64,000 nucleotides of DNA from Prochlorococcus sp. AG-418-O03 (lineage in GTDB: Bacteria > Cyanobacteriota > Cyanobacteriia > PCC-6307 > Cyanobiaceae): contig QCMJ01000001.1 of NCBI GenBank assembly GCA_003213855.1, positions 88,500 through 152,499 of the forward strand. The letters are read 5' to 3'. The position numbers and the translations under genes are program-made. A model generated the notes under the pieces. The model was given only the letters and a program-made list of their open reading frames with translations, did no database searches and was not told where the DNA came from. How positions within the stretch are numbered: position 1 is the stretch's first letter; every line of letters begins with the position of its first letter. Positions 43,143 through 53,024 of the stretch are shown here, piece after piece.

Positions 43143-44552
43143 ATGAGGTTGAAATTTTTACATTTACATTTACATGGTCTTATACGTTCTAAAAATCTTG
43201 AGTTAGGCAGGGATGCAGATACAGGAGGGCAAACACAGTACGTTTTAGAGTTAATTAAAAGTTTGGCTAATACTTCAGAAGTTGATCAAGTCGATTTAGT
43301 TACTCGTTTAATAAAAGACCCTAGAGTAGATGATGAATATTCTCAAGAAGAAGAATTTGTAGAACCTGGAGTTAGAATTTTAAGATTCAAATTTGGACCT
43401 GATAAATATTTAAGAAAGGAATTGCTTTGGCCTTATTTAGATCATTTAACTGAAAGACTAATTTTTTACTATAAAAAAAACAAAAAGCCTAATTTCATTC
43501 ATGCACATTATGCAGATGCTGGATATGTAGGAGTTAAACTAAGTAAATCCTTAAACGTTCCTCTTATTTTTACTGGTCATTCTTTAGGAAGAGAGAAAAA
43601 AAGGAAATTGCTTGATACTGGCTTAAAAACTAATCAAATAGAAGAACTTTATTCTATAAGTAAAAGAATTGAGGCTGAAGAAAAAGCATTGAATTCTGCA
43701 GATATTGTTGTTACAAGCACTAAACAAGAGTCAGTGTATCAATATTCCCAATATTCTTCTTTTTCACCTCAAAAAGCTAAAGTTATTCCTCCTGGGGTTG
43801 ATCATAATAAATTTCACCATATTCACTCCACAAGCGAGACAGCCGAAATTGATAACATGATGAAACCTTTTCTAAAGGATTCTACTAAACCTCCATTTTT
43901 GAGTATTTCTAGAGCTGTACGAAGAAAAAATATTCCATCTTTGATTGAGGCATATGGAAGATCTGAAAAATTAAAAAGAAAAACTAATTTAATTTTGATT
44001 TTGGGATGTAGAGATAGTACTTCAAAACTTGACCCTCAACAAAAAGATGTTTTCAATAAAATTTTTGAAACAATTGATAAATATAATTTGTATGGAAAGG
44101 TAGCTTATCCAAAAAAGCATCTTCAAAGTCAGATTCCTGCTTTATATAGGTGGGCTGCTAGCAGAGGTGGTGTATTTGTAAATCCAGCTTTAACAGAGCC
44201 TTTTGGTTTAACTCTTCTTGAAGCCTCTTCATGTGGATTACCAATAATATCAACAAATGATGGAGGACCAAAAGAAATTCGTTCTAAATGTGAAAATGGA
44301 CTTTTAGTAGATGTTACTGATATTAATAAGTTGAAAGTTATTCTTGAAAAAGGAATTGCAAATAATGATCAGTGGAAATTATGGAGCAGAAATGGAATTG
44401 AGGGTGTTAACAGACATTTTAGTTGGAACACTCATGTACGAAATTATTTGTCTGTACTTACTGAAGAGTTTTCAAGTTCAAATAGTTATTCTTCATCAGA
44501 CATTAAACAAAGTTGTTTAAAAGGAACTTCCTCACTTATAAAGCCCCATTGA
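43143..44552 (+). CDS. sps: Sucrose-phosphate synthase (glycosyltransferase domain only)
   Basis: HGLIRS.NLELGRDADTGGQ, HAHYADAG, FTGHSLG, NPALTEPFGLTLLEA; GGAGG ribosome-binding site upstream. Confidence 0.92.
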   Translation: MRLKFLHLHLHGLIRSKNLELGRDADTGGQTQYVLELIKSLANTSEVDQVDLVTRLIKDPRVDDEYSQEEEFVEPGVRILRFKFGPDKYLRKELLWPYLDHLTERLIFYYKKNKKPNFIHAHYADAGYVGVKLSKSLNVPLIFTGHSLGREKKRKLLDTGLKTNQIEELYSISKRIEAEEKALNSADIVVTSTKQESVYQYSQYSSFSPQKAKVIPPGVDHNKFHHIHSTSETAEIDNMMKPFLKDSTKPPFLSISRAVRRKNIPSLIEAYGRSEKLKRKTNLILILGCRDSTSKLDPQQKDVFNKIFETIDKYNLYGKVAYPKKHLQSQIPALYRWAASRGGVFVNPALTEPFGLTLLEASSCGLPIISTNDGGPKEIRSKCENGLLVDVTDINKLKVILEKGIANNDQWKLWSRNGIEGVNRHFSWNTHVRNYLSVLTEEFSSSNSYSSSDIKQSCLKGTSSLIKPH

Positions 44553-44731
44553 TTAAATACCTCAGGATCAGGGTGAAGAATTAGTTGATTATTTTGAGCC
44601 TTCTTAAGTTTGAAGCCTTTCTTAGATAGTTTTTTCATTAAGTTAGCAGTTTCTTCAAATCTTGATGCCATTGCATCAAGACTTGAGCAGTCACTTGTTA
44701 ATCCATTATCTTTCCATGTAAAAAAATTCAT
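44486..44731 (-). CDS. Conserved hypothetical protein
   Basis: 81 aa ORF directly downstream of mraY; its 3' end overlaps the 3' end of sps. Confidence 0.7.
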   Translation of the reverse strand: MNFFTWKDNGLTSDCSSLDAMASRFEETANLMKKLSKKGFKLKKAQNNQLILHPDPEVFNQWGFISEEVPFKQLCLMSDEE

Positions 44732-44741
44732 AGCAAATTTT

Positions 44742-45818
44742 TCAAAGATTGATTTTTAAAACTATACCTAAAATTACAAGTAAAATGTTGATTTTCCAAA
44801 AATTTTCAACTATTTTTTGTTCCTTAATTCCTTTAAGTTCAAAATGGTGGTGTAGTGGAGCCATTAAAAATATGCGTTTACCTCTATGAAATAATTTTTT
44901 TGTAATTTTAAAATACCCTACTTGAATCATTACAGATAATGATTCAATAATAAATATTCCTGAGAAAATAGATAAGGTAAAAACGCTATTGGTTAATAAC
45001 GCTATAGAACCCAGAATTGCTCCAATACTTAGAGATCCTGTGTCACCCATAAATATTTTTGCAGGATAACTATTATAATTGAGAAATCCTAAGCATATGC
45101 CGGACATTGAAAAACATAAGATGCTAAAAACAAAAAGTTCTTGCTGTCCTTTCATTAATATTTCTGTTCCTAATCCATAAAAGACAATCCCACTGCATCC
45201 AGCTGCTAGTCCATCCAATCCATCAGTCAAATTTACTGAATTACTTATGCCCACAAGTACTAAAAAAGAAACTGGTAATATGAAAATATTCATATTTATT
45301 CCCCAGGAGTCAGAAATTGTTATTAATGGACTGATTAAATTTTTTTCATAGGCTAAAAAGATAAAAATTATTGAGATGACACTTTGTAAGATAAATTTTT
45401 CTTTTGTTTTTAACCCTGTATTTTCTTTGTTTCTAATACTTAAATAATCATCTAAAAAACCTGTAATAAAGAAACCAAAAACAGTCATTAATAAAAGAAA
45501 TAATTCTAGGGAACCTAATTTTATAGTTATTATCAGAAGAAAAATTAAAAAAGGGATGATCAAAATAATCCCACCCATTGTTGGAGTATCACTTTTTTTA
45601 TAGTGATTAGAAGGACCTTCAGTTCTTATATTTTGAAGTAAATTTAATTTTCTTATTATTTTTAGACCATTCTTGGTTGCGAATAAAGATACAAAAAAGA
45701 ATAATGTGAAAACTCCTATAAAAATAAAATTATTAAAAAAATATGAGGTAGCTATTAAAGCTAAAGTATTTAATATCAATAATGATTTAAAGTTAAACTT
45801 TTTAATCTTCCCAATCAT
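44742..45818 (-). CDS. mraY: Phospho-N-acetylmuramoyl-pentapeptide transferase
   Basis: TPTMGG, GFLDDY, NSVNLTDGLDGLA, IFMGDTGS, MAPLHHHFE. Confidence 0.97.
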   Translation of the reverse strand: MIGKIKKFNFKSLLILNTLALIATSYFFNNFIFIGVFTLFFFVSLFATKNGLKIIRKLNLLQNIRTEGPSNHYKKSDTPTMGGIILIIPFLIFLLIITIKLGSLELFLLLMTVFGFFITGFLDDYLSIRNKENTGLKTKEKFILQSVISIIFIFLAYEKNLISPLITISDSWGINMNIFILPVSFLVLVGISNSVNLTDGLDGLAAGCSGIVFYGLGTEILMKGQQELFVFSILCFSMSGICLGFLNYNSYPAKIFMGDTGSLSIGAILGSIALLTNSVFTLSIFSGIFIIESLSVMIQVGYFKITKKLFHRGKRIFLMAPLHHHFELKGIKEQKIVENFWKINILLVILGIVLKINL

Positions 45819-46080
45819 CTTCTGAAGAATCTTCTTCAGTTTTATAATCTTCTTTTTCTCCCATAAGCGCTGACAGTTCTTCTTCTTCTATAGTACTAAT
45901 CTCTTGTGAATCTCCCTCTTTTTCTGCTACAAGTCTTCCTGTATTCTCTAGCCAAGATAGGAGATCAGGTTCATCTCTTAATGGCAAGACAGGAGCTGGA
46001 TCATCTCTGTGGTAGCAAGTTAAAGCTGGGTTGACTTCAGAAATATCCTCTAATCTAAGTTTTAGTTTATTTGAGTCCAT
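45802..46080 (-). CDS. Conserved cyanobacterial acidic protein (DUF3134-like)
   Basis: NPAL...PAPVLPL....LLSWLENTGRL motif with an acidic tail. Confidence 0.75.
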   Translation of the reverse strand: MDSNKLKLRLEDISEVNPALTCYHRDDPAPVLPLRDEPDLLSWLENTGRLVAEKEGDSQEISTIEEEELSALMGEKEDYKTEEDSSEDDWED

Positions 46081-46133
46081 TAAAGATTATGTTCTATATA
46101 TAAGATAATACATAATGATGCCCACGAAAAACT

Positions 46134-46328
46134 TTGTTTGATAAAGCAAATTTAAAATATTTTTTTATCTGGCTAATTTCATTGTTGTTGTCAGGATTAT
46201 TAAAACTTATTGGATACTTGAATTCCAATGTTTTAATAATTAATAACTTTCTTCTCGTGTTACTAGTTTTTGGTCCAGCTCTTTTAGTTACAATAATATT
46301 AGTTTTTAATAAGTTTTCAAATTCTTAA
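46134..46328 (+). CDS. Small two-helix membrane protein
   Basis: 64 aa with two hydrophobic segments (FGPA); immediately upstream of argG. Confidence 0.55.
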   Translation: MFDKANLKYFFIWLISLLLSGLLKLIGYLNSNVLIINNFLLVLLVFGPALLVTIILVFNKFSNS

Positions 46329-46349
46329 TTACGTCAAAAATTTAAATTT

Positions 46350-47579
46350 ATGGAGCAAATGCAGATGCAGCAGGTAAAAAAAGTTGTACTAGCTTATTCT
46401 GGCGGGGTAGATACGAGCGTTTGTATTCCATATTTAAAGAATGAATATGGAATCTCAGAAGTGGTTACTTTTGTAGCAGATCTTGGACAAGGCGAGGATT
46501 TAGAACTTATTAGGCAAAAAGCTTTAAATTCAGGTGCATCTAAGTCAATTGTTGGCAATTTAGTTAATAGTTTTGTTGAGAGGTACGCTTTTCCAGCTAT
46601 TAGAGCAAATGCATTATATTTAGATAAATATCCTTTATCTACTGCTCTTGCTAGGCCTTTAATTGCTGAAAATCTCGTAAATATTGCTAGAGAGATTAAT
46701 GCTGATGCCGTAGCTCATGGATGCACTGGTAAAGGGAATGATCAAGTTCGGTTTGATTTAGCAATAAATGCTTTAGGCCCTGATTTAAAAATAATTACTC
46801 CTGCAAGGGAGTGGAATATGAGTAGAGAAGAGGCAATAGTGTATGGAGAAAAATTTGGTATTCCTGCACCAGTATCAAAAAAATCACCATATTCAATAGA
46901 CGTTAACTTACTTGGTAGGAGTATTGAAGCAGGCATATTAGAAGACCCAATGCAAGAAGCACCTGAAGATATATTTTCGATGACATTATCAATTGATAAT
47001 TCACCTGATTCCTATCAAGATATAGAAATTATTTTTAAAAATGGGTTTCCAGTTGGAATTAATGATGAATTTTTAACTCCAGTAGAGATTATTCAAAAAA
47101 CTAATCATCTTGCAGGCAATCACGGTTTTGGAAGAATAGATATGATTGAAGATCGAGTAGTAGGAATCAAAAGTAGAGAGATTTATGAAACACCTGGCCT
47201 CTTACTTTTAATCAAAGCTCACAAAGAATTAGAGAGCATAACATTAAGCCCCGATGTTGTCGATTTTAAAGGAATAGTGGAAAAAAAATGGGGTCAACTA
47301 GTCTATCAAGGTTTTTGGTTTGGACCTCTTAAAGAAAGTTTAGATGCATTTATATCATCGACTCAAACTTCAGTTAATGGAAGAGTAAAGATTAGACTCC
47401 ATAAGGGAAATGCAATAGTAATTGGGAGAATGTCCGAAAATAATTCACTTTACAGGGAAGATTTAGCAACTTACAGCAAAGATGATGTCTTTAATCATTC
47501 TCTAGCAGAGGGTTTTATTTATATGTGGGGTATGTCTAATAAAATATGGGCTGAGTTAAATTCAAAAACAAAAGATTAA
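46350..47579 (+). CDS. argG: Argininosuccinate synthase
   Basis: [30 protein letters not shown]. Real start may be one of the downstream ATGs. Confidence 0.98.
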   Translation: MEQMQMQQVKKVVLAYSGGVDTSVCIPYLKNEYGISEVVTFVADLGQGEDLELIRQKALNSGASKSIVGNLVNSFVERYAFPAIRANALYLDKYPLSTALARPLIAENLVNIAREINADAVAHGCTGKGNDQVRFDLAINALGPDLKIITPAREWNMSREEAIVYGEKFGIPAPVSKKSPYSIDVNLLGRSIEAGILEDPMQEAPEDIFSMTLSIDNSPDSYQDIEIIFKNGFPVGINDEFLTPVEIIQKTNHLAGNHGFGRIDMIEDRVVGIKSREIYETPGLLLLIKAHKELESITLSPDVVDFKGIVEKKWGQLVYQGFWFGPLKESLDAFISSTQTSVNGRVKIRLHKGNAIVIGRMSENNSLYREDLATYSKDDVFNHSLAEGFIYMWGMSNKIWAELNSKTKD

Positions 47580-47582
47580 CAT

Positions 47583-48044
47583 TTATGATTCTGTATTTTC
47601 TTTAGTTTCAGTATCATTTTTTCCTGAAGTTGAAGTATCCTCACTAGCTACTGGTTGTTTTTCTTTAGAATCAACTTCAGCATCTGGACTATCTTTTTTC
47701 TCTGATTGAGATGCGTTCTTGTTCGAAGGTCTTGGGGTTGGTAAAGGGCCTTCTTGTTTAACGGTCATGTATCTAATAACATCTTCACTAAGTCTCATTG
47801 CTTTTTCAATTTTGAAAATATGTTGCCCATCACCTTGATGACTTAGTTGCACGTAAATGCCTTCTCTATGTTTTGCTATTTGATAGGCTAATCTTCTTTT
47901 GCCTCTCATTTGACTATCAAGAATCGTACCGCCAAATTCTTCTAATAGCTTATTGTATTTATCAATGTGATTAGTAACTTCATCTTCCGCAATGTCTGGG
48001 CGGAGGATATACATGGTTTCGTAATAAGATTGTTGATCGTTCAT
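47583..48044 (-). CDS. rpsF: 30S ribosomal protein S6
   Basis: [24 protein letters not shown]. Start placed at ATG 48044 (alternative TTG 48056). Confidence 0.96.
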   Translation of the reverse strand: MNDQQSYYETMYILRPDIAEDEVTNHIDKYNKLLEEFGGTILDSQMRGKRRLAYQIAKHREGIYVQLSHQGDGQHIFKIEKAMRLSEDVIRYMTVKQEGPLPTPRPSNKNASQSEKKDSPDAEVDSKEKQPVASEDTSTSGKNDTETKENTES

Positions 48045-48049
48045 AGTTT

Positions 48050-48092
48050 CAGACAAGGTCTTTGGCTCATAAATTGGTGTAATGAGCGTCTG
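48050..48092 (-). promoter_or_regulatory. Putative S6:S18-binding rpsF leader RNA structure
   Basis: RNA CAGAC-GCUCAU-(11-nt loop)-AUGAGC-CAAAGACCUU-GUCUG: two stacked stems with a 3' bulge and CCA at the junction. Confidence 0.55.
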
Positions 48093-48148
48093 TTCATTAT
48101 TTACGATACATTACCATAGGCAATTTCTTAAAAAATAGGATTATTTTT

Positions 48149-49009
48149 TTAAAGATATTTTTTTAGTGCGTCATTCATTATATGAAAAGGTACTTCTAAA
48201 CCATCAGTCCAAAATGATATTGATTTCATTCCTTGAGCAATAAGCATTTCCAAACCATTTATAGTCATGCATCCTTTTTTGGCGCTAAATTTTAATAAAG
48301 GAGTTTGGGCAGGATTGTAGATTAAATCATAAACAATTGTTTTTGAATTAAGAGATTTCCAGAAAGCTTCGCCATATGGTAATTCATTATTTTCATATTT
48401 AGTTGTTTTCATCCCTACTGGTGTTGTATTTACAATTAAATCTGCTTCCTGAATTAAAATTTGAGCTTGATCATCATTATTTAAATAACCCTGCAGTTGA
48501 ATTTGATTATCAAAGTTTTTTATTAGTTCATCTAGAGATGATTTGTTACGTGATATTACTGAAATTGTTGAAAGATTTAAATTTATTAAACCTTGAATAA
48601 CAGATCTTGTTGCACCCCCTGAGCCAAGAATTATTGATTTTTTCTTTGCTAAGTTTAAATTTTTTAATGGATAAATAAATCCCTCTACATCAGTATTAGT
48701 TGCACTCCATTCTTTTTGGGAATTTAATTTCAGGGTATTTATTGCTTTAAGTTTGTGAGCAATAGGTGAGATTTCACTACAAAGATTAAATACTTTTTCT
48801 TTGTGTGGAATTGTGATGTTTAAACCTTTGCAATTAATCTTCTTAAAAGAATTCAGAACTAATTCTAGATCTTCATTTTTACAGGGTATAGCAATATAGA
48901 TCAAATCTAACCCTAAATATTGAAAGGCTGCATTTTGCATAATTGGTGACAAAGAATGGCTTACTGGATTACCAATTAATGCTATAAAAGATGTCTTACT
49001 TGAAATCAT
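48149..49009 (-). CDS. aroE: Shikimate dehydrogenase
   Basis: GNPVSHSLSP, NITIPHK, AINT, NTDVEG, GSGG, NTTPVGM, DLIYNP. Start placed at ATG 49009. Confidence 0.95.
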   Translation of the reverse strand: MISSKTSFIALIGNPVSHSLSPIMQNAAFQYLGLDLIYIAIPCKNEDLELVLNSFKKINCKGLNITIPHKEKVFNLCSEISPIAHKLKAINTLKLNSQKEWSATNTDVEGFIYPLKNLNLAKKKSIILGSGGATRSVIQGLINLNLSTISVISRNKSSLDELIKNFDNQIQLQGYLNNDDQAQILIQEADLIVNTTPVGMKTTKYENNELPYGEAFWKSLNSKTIVYDLIYNPAQTPLLKFSAKKGCMTINGLEMLIAQGMKSISFWTDGLEVPFHIMNDALKKYL

Positions 49010-49041
49010 GTTTAGAATTTTTTTCTTAAAAAAACTGATCT

Positions 49042-49056
49042 GTTCGGGAACCACAC
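49042..49056 (+). promoter_or_regulatory. K-box-like stress element upstream of dnaK
   Basis: GTTCGGGAACCACAC versus the cyanobacterial K-box GTTCGG-NNAN-CCNNAC (spacer one base shorter). Confidence 0.55.
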
Positions 49057-49126
49057 CCCGTCTTTGAGTAACAATAATGACGACGATGACCGATTATGGA
49101 GAATAACAAATATTAAGAATTTACCC

Positions 49127-51034
49127 ATGGGTAAGGTTGTAGGAATTGATTTAGGAACAACAAATAGTTGTGTCGCTGTAATGGAAGGTGGTAAACCTAC
49201 TGTAATAGCAAATGCTGAGGGTTTCAGAACTACTCCATCAGTTGTTGCATATACAAAAAATCAAGATCAGCTTGTTGGACAAATAGCAAAAAGACAAGCT
49301 GTGATGAATCCTGAAAATACTTTTTATTCTGCAAAACGTTTTGTTGGTAGAAGAGTTGATGAAGTTAATGAAGAATCTAAAGAAGTTAGTTATTCTGTTG
49401 AAAAATCTGGTTCTAGTGTCAAATTAAAATGTCCTATTTTGGATAAACAGTTTTCTCCTGAAGAGGTGAGTTCTCAAGTTTTAAGAAAGTTAGCAGATGA
49501 TGCGGGTAAATACCTTGGAGACAAAGTTACACAGGCTGTAATTACTGTTCCAGCTTACTTTAATGATTCTCAGAGACAGGCTACGAAAGATGCTGGAAAG
49601 ATTGCAGGTTTAGAAGTTCTGAGAATTGTTAATGAACCAACTGCTGCGGCTTTAGCATATGGATTGGATAAAGAAAATGAAAAAATTCTTGTTTTTGATT
49701 TAGGGGGAGGCACATTTGATGTTTCAGTTATTGAAGCTGGTGATGGAGTAACTGAAGTTCTTTCTACATCTGGAGATACACATTTAGGTGGTGATGATTT
49801 TGATAGATGCATCGTAGACCACTTAGCTAATACTTTTAAATCAAATGAGGGAATTGACCTTAGACAAGATAAGCAAGCTTTGCAAAGATTGACTGAAGCT
49901 GCAGAAAAAGCAAAAATAGAGCTCTCAAATGCTACGCAAAGTGAAATAAATCTACCTTTCATTACAGCGACTCCCGAAGGACCAAAACATTTGGATTTGA
50001 ACCTCACTAGAGCAAAGTTCGAGGAATTAGCTGCTTCTTTAATTGATAGGTGTAAGACCCCAGTTGAGAGAGCTATCAGTGATGCAAAAATTTCTACTAG
50101 TGAAATTGATGAAGTTGTTATGGTGGGAGGCTCATCTAGAATTCCTGCTGTTTTAGATTTAGTAAAAAAAATAATTGGTAAAGAACCAAATCAAACTGTC
50201 AATCCTGATGAGGTTGTAGCTGTTGGAGCTGCTATTCAGGGAGGAGTTTTAGCAGGAGAGGTTAAAGATATATTGTTACTTGACGTTACTCCACTTTCTT
50301 TAGGTGTAGAGACTTTAGGGGGAGTAATGACAAAAATGATAAATCGAAATACTACAGTACCTACGAAGAAATCTGAAACATATTCAACTGCTGTGGATGG
50401 ACAAACAAATGTAGAAATTCACGTATTGCAGGGTGAAAGAGAAATGGCTTCTGATAACAAAAGCTTAGGAACTTTCAGATTGGATGGTATACCTTCAGCA
50501 CCAAGAGGCGTTCCGCAAATTGAAGTTACATTTGATATCGATGCAAACGGTATTCTTAGTGTTACTGCTAAAGACAAAGGAAGCGGTAAAGAACAAAGTA
50601 TTTCTATTACTGGTGCTTCAACTCTATCTGATAATGAGGTAGAAAAAATGGTAAAAGATGCTGAATCAAATGCATCTGCAGATAAAGAAAAAAGAGAAAA
50701 AATCGATTTAAAAAATCAAGCTGAAACACTTGTCTACCAGACAGAAAAGCAACTTGGTGAATTAGGAGACAAAATTGATGCTGCAGCAAAGTCTAAAGTC
50801 GAAGAAAAAAGTAATGCTTTAAAAGAAGCAACTTCAAAAGAAGATTATGAATCAATGAAAAAACTTCTTGAAGAACTTCAGCAAGAACTTTATGCAGTTG
50901 GTTCATCTGTTTATCAGCAACCAGGTAATCAGCCACCATCACCTGGCGCTGCCGGCGGTCCTGATCAGAGTGATTCAAGCGAAAAAGGTGGAGATGATGT
51001 AATTGATGCAGACTTTACTGAAACAAAAGATTAA
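49127..51034 (+). CDS. dnaK: Chaperone DnaK (DnaK2 type)
   Basis: [27 protein letters not shown]-terminal DDVIDADF. Start placed at ATG 49127 (MGKVV). Confidence 0.98.
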   Translation: MGKVVGIDLGTTNSCVAVMEGGKPTVIANAEGFRTTPSVVAYTKNQDQLVGQIAKRQAVMNPENTFYSAKRFVGRRVDEVNEESKEVSYSVEKSGSSVKLKCPILDKQFSPEEVSSQVLRKLADDAGKYLGDKVTQAVITVPAYFNDSQRQATKDAGKIAGLEVLRIVNEPTAAALAYGLDKENEKILVFDLGGGTFDVSVIEAGDGVTEVLSTSGDTHLGGDDFDRCIVDHLANTFKSNEGIDLRQDKQALQRLTEAAEKAKIELSNATQSEINLPFITATPEGPKHLDLNLTRAKFEELAASLIDRCKTPVERAISDAKISTSEIDEVVMVGGSSRIPAVLDLVKKIIGKEPNQTVNPDEVVAVGAAIQGGVLAGEVKDILLLDVTPLSLGVETLGGVMTKMINRNTTVPTKKSETYSTAVDGQTNVEIHVLQGEREMASDNKSLGTFRLDGIPSAPRGVPQIEVTFDIDANGILSVTAKDKGSGKEQSISITGASTLSDNEVEKMVKDAESNASADKEKREKIDLKNQAETLVYQTEKQLGELGDKIDAAAKSKVEEKSNALKEATSKEDYESMKKLLEELQQELYAVGSSVYQQPGNQPPSPGAAGGPDQSDSSEKGGDDVIDADFTETKD

Positions 51035-52113
51035 TAAAGGTAATTTTTAACTTCATTAGCAACCCATTTAGAACAAGCCGGAGCAAGTAAAATTCCATTT
51101 TTATAAAAACCTGTACATATAATTAGCCCATCTTCAAGATTTTTCATTATTGGTGAAGGTTCACCATCTGGCCTTGACCTTATTCCAAACCATTTTTTAG
51201 AAATTTTTCCTTTCATCAGCCAATTTGGTTTTTTATCGAGAAAATTTGTAAGTTTTTCGAAAGTATTTTCTTCTGGCTTAGTACTATATTCATCAGTTGA
51301 TCCAATAATTAGCTTATTGTTTGATTTTGGAATTATATTTTTACCATTTATGTTGAATTGTTTTGGCAGCGATAATAAATCAACTTCTGCATCATTTATC
51401 TCAATTTCCATAGCTTGACCTAAAACAGGTTTTAATTTGATGTTGTGAGATAGGCTACCTATTAAATCAATTGCTTTTAGTGAATTACACAAAATAACCA
51501 TATCAGATTTGATGTTTTCATTATTTCTTGTTGTAGAAATCCATTGATTGTTTGATTTTCTGATTTTTATTATTTCTTCTTCTGAAAAATTGATTTTTTT
51601 ATGTTTTAGATATTTATCTAATGTTTGAAGTAAAGAAAAAGGATCTATTCTTCCATCTTTGAAGGAAATCATTCCTTTTATATTTTTTGTTTGGAAGGCT
51701 TTATTTATATTCTTGATAAATATTGAGTCTTTTTCTAAAATTTGTAAGTTTTGATCATTATTTTCATAAATAAATTTCTTTAATTTTTTAAACTTTTCTT
51801 CATTAGTAGTTAGTTGTATTAATGGTTTTTCGATAATTAATTCACTATTAAATTTTTGCAGGAATGTAATCCATTGTGGCCATAATTCAATGCTTTGTTT
51901 CCTGAGATCCCAGCTTCTGCCTCTTCTTTTTTGATACATATTACCCATTAGTAAGCCTAAGGCTGCATAGCTACTATTTTGTAGTTCAGTTGGATCTATT
52001 ATTGTTACCTGGAAACCTAATTCAGATAATTCTAAGGCGTTAAATTTTCCAATAATCCCTGATCCAATAATAACTATGTGTGCTTTTTGAAAATTTTCTT
52101 TTAAGCTTTTCAT
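51031..52113 (-). CDS. FAD-dependent oxidoreductase (DAO/ThiO/DadA family)
   Basis: [29 protein letters not shown]. Confidence 0.88.
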   Translation of the reverse strand: MKSLKENFQKAHIVIIGSGIIGKFNALELSELGFQVTIIDPTELQNSSYAALGLLMGNMYQKRRGRSWDLRKQSIELWPQWITFLQKFNSELIIEKPLIQLTTNEEKFKKLKKFIYENNDQNLQILEKDSIFIKNINKAFQTKNIKGMISFKDGRIDPFSLLQTLDKYLKHKKINFSEEEIIKIRKSNNQWISTTRNNENIKSDMVILCNSLKAIDLIGSLSHNIKLKPVLGQAMEIEINDAEVDLLSLPKQFNINGKNIIPKSNNKLIIGSTDEYSTKPEENTFEKLTNFLDKKPNWLMKGKISKKWFGIRSRPDGEPSPIMKNLEDGLIICTGFYKNGILLAPACSKWVANEVKNYLY

Positions 52114-52160
52114 TGATATATTAGATATATTGCTTATTTGACTTAATAGTTAAAGATTTT

Positions 52161-53015
52161 TTGGAACATCCTTCAATTATATTCAAAATTGTTTGTCCCG
52201 ATCGTCCTGGCCTTGTAAGTTTACTTACAAGCTGGATTTCAAATTACGGTGGAAACATAAAACATTCTGATCATCATACAGATCAAGATGCCGGTTTGTT
52301 TCTTAGTCGAATTGAATGGAATAGTAACAATGCCTTTTTTAATAGAGATGAAATTTATAAAGAATTTGAAAAAATTGCAGATGAAGTAAATGGAAAATTT
52401 AACGTAAATTATTCTGATGAAATTCCAAATGTTGCTATTTTCGTGAGTAAACAAAATCATTGTTTGATTGATTTACTTTGGCGAGTAAGAAATGGAGAAC
52501 TCAAAATGAAAGTCCCTTTAATAATTTCAAATCATTCTGATCTTGAAAATATTGCAAATGACTTTAATGCAAAATTTGTTCATATTGATACCTTTAAAAC
52601 TGATAAATCTATTGTTGAAGATCAATTTTTACATTTACTAAAAGAATATCAAATTGATCTTGTTGTATTAGCCAAATATATGCAAATTTTAAGTGACTCT
52701 TTTTTAAAAAAGTTTTCTTCAATAATAAATATTCATCATTCTTTCTTACCTGCATTTAAGGGCGGGCAACCATATCATCGAGCTTGGAAGAGAGGCGTTA
52801 AATTAATCGGTGCTACTGCTCACTATGTTACTGAAGATCTTGATGAAGGCCCGATAATTGAGCAATGCACAGTTGATGTAAGTCATAGGGATGAAGTTGA
52901 TGATTTGATTAGAAAAGGAAGAGATATTGAAAGAATAGCTTTAGCAAGAGCAGTTAGATTACATCTGAATCATCAAGTATTTGTTTATAACAGCAAAACT
53001 GCTGTTTTTGATTGA
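52161..53015 (+). CDS. purU: Formyltetrahydrofolate deformylase
   Basis: ACT domain CPDRPGLV, LAKYMQIL, NIHHSFLPAF, DEGPIIEQ. Confidence 0.96.
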   Translation: MEHPSIIFKIVCPDRPGLVSLLTSWISNYGGNIKHSDHHTDQDAGLFLSRIEWNSNNAFFNRDEIYKEFEKIADEVNGKFNVNYSDEIPNVAIFVSKQNHCLIDLLWRVRNGELKMKVPLIISNHSDLENIANDFNAKFVHIDTFKTDKSIVEDQFLHLLKEYQIDLVVLAKYMQILSDSFLKKFSSIINIHHSFLPAFKGGQPYHRAWKRGVKLIGATAHYVTEDLDEGPIIEQCTVDVSHRDEVDDLIRKGRDIERIALARAVRLHLNHQVFVYNSKTAVFD

Positions 53016-53024
53016 AGATAGTTT

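Noticed and set aside
49064-49126. N-terminal extensions in the ORF track (dnaK; likewise efp, grpE, msrB, aroE)
   Set aside because: Artefacts of choosing the most upstream alternative start codon; family-typical sequence begins at downstream ATGs.
49570-50007. 145-aa antisense ORF inside dnaK
   Set aside because: Open antisense frames opposite hsp70 genes are a well-known codon-bias shadow; no RBS or independent motif.
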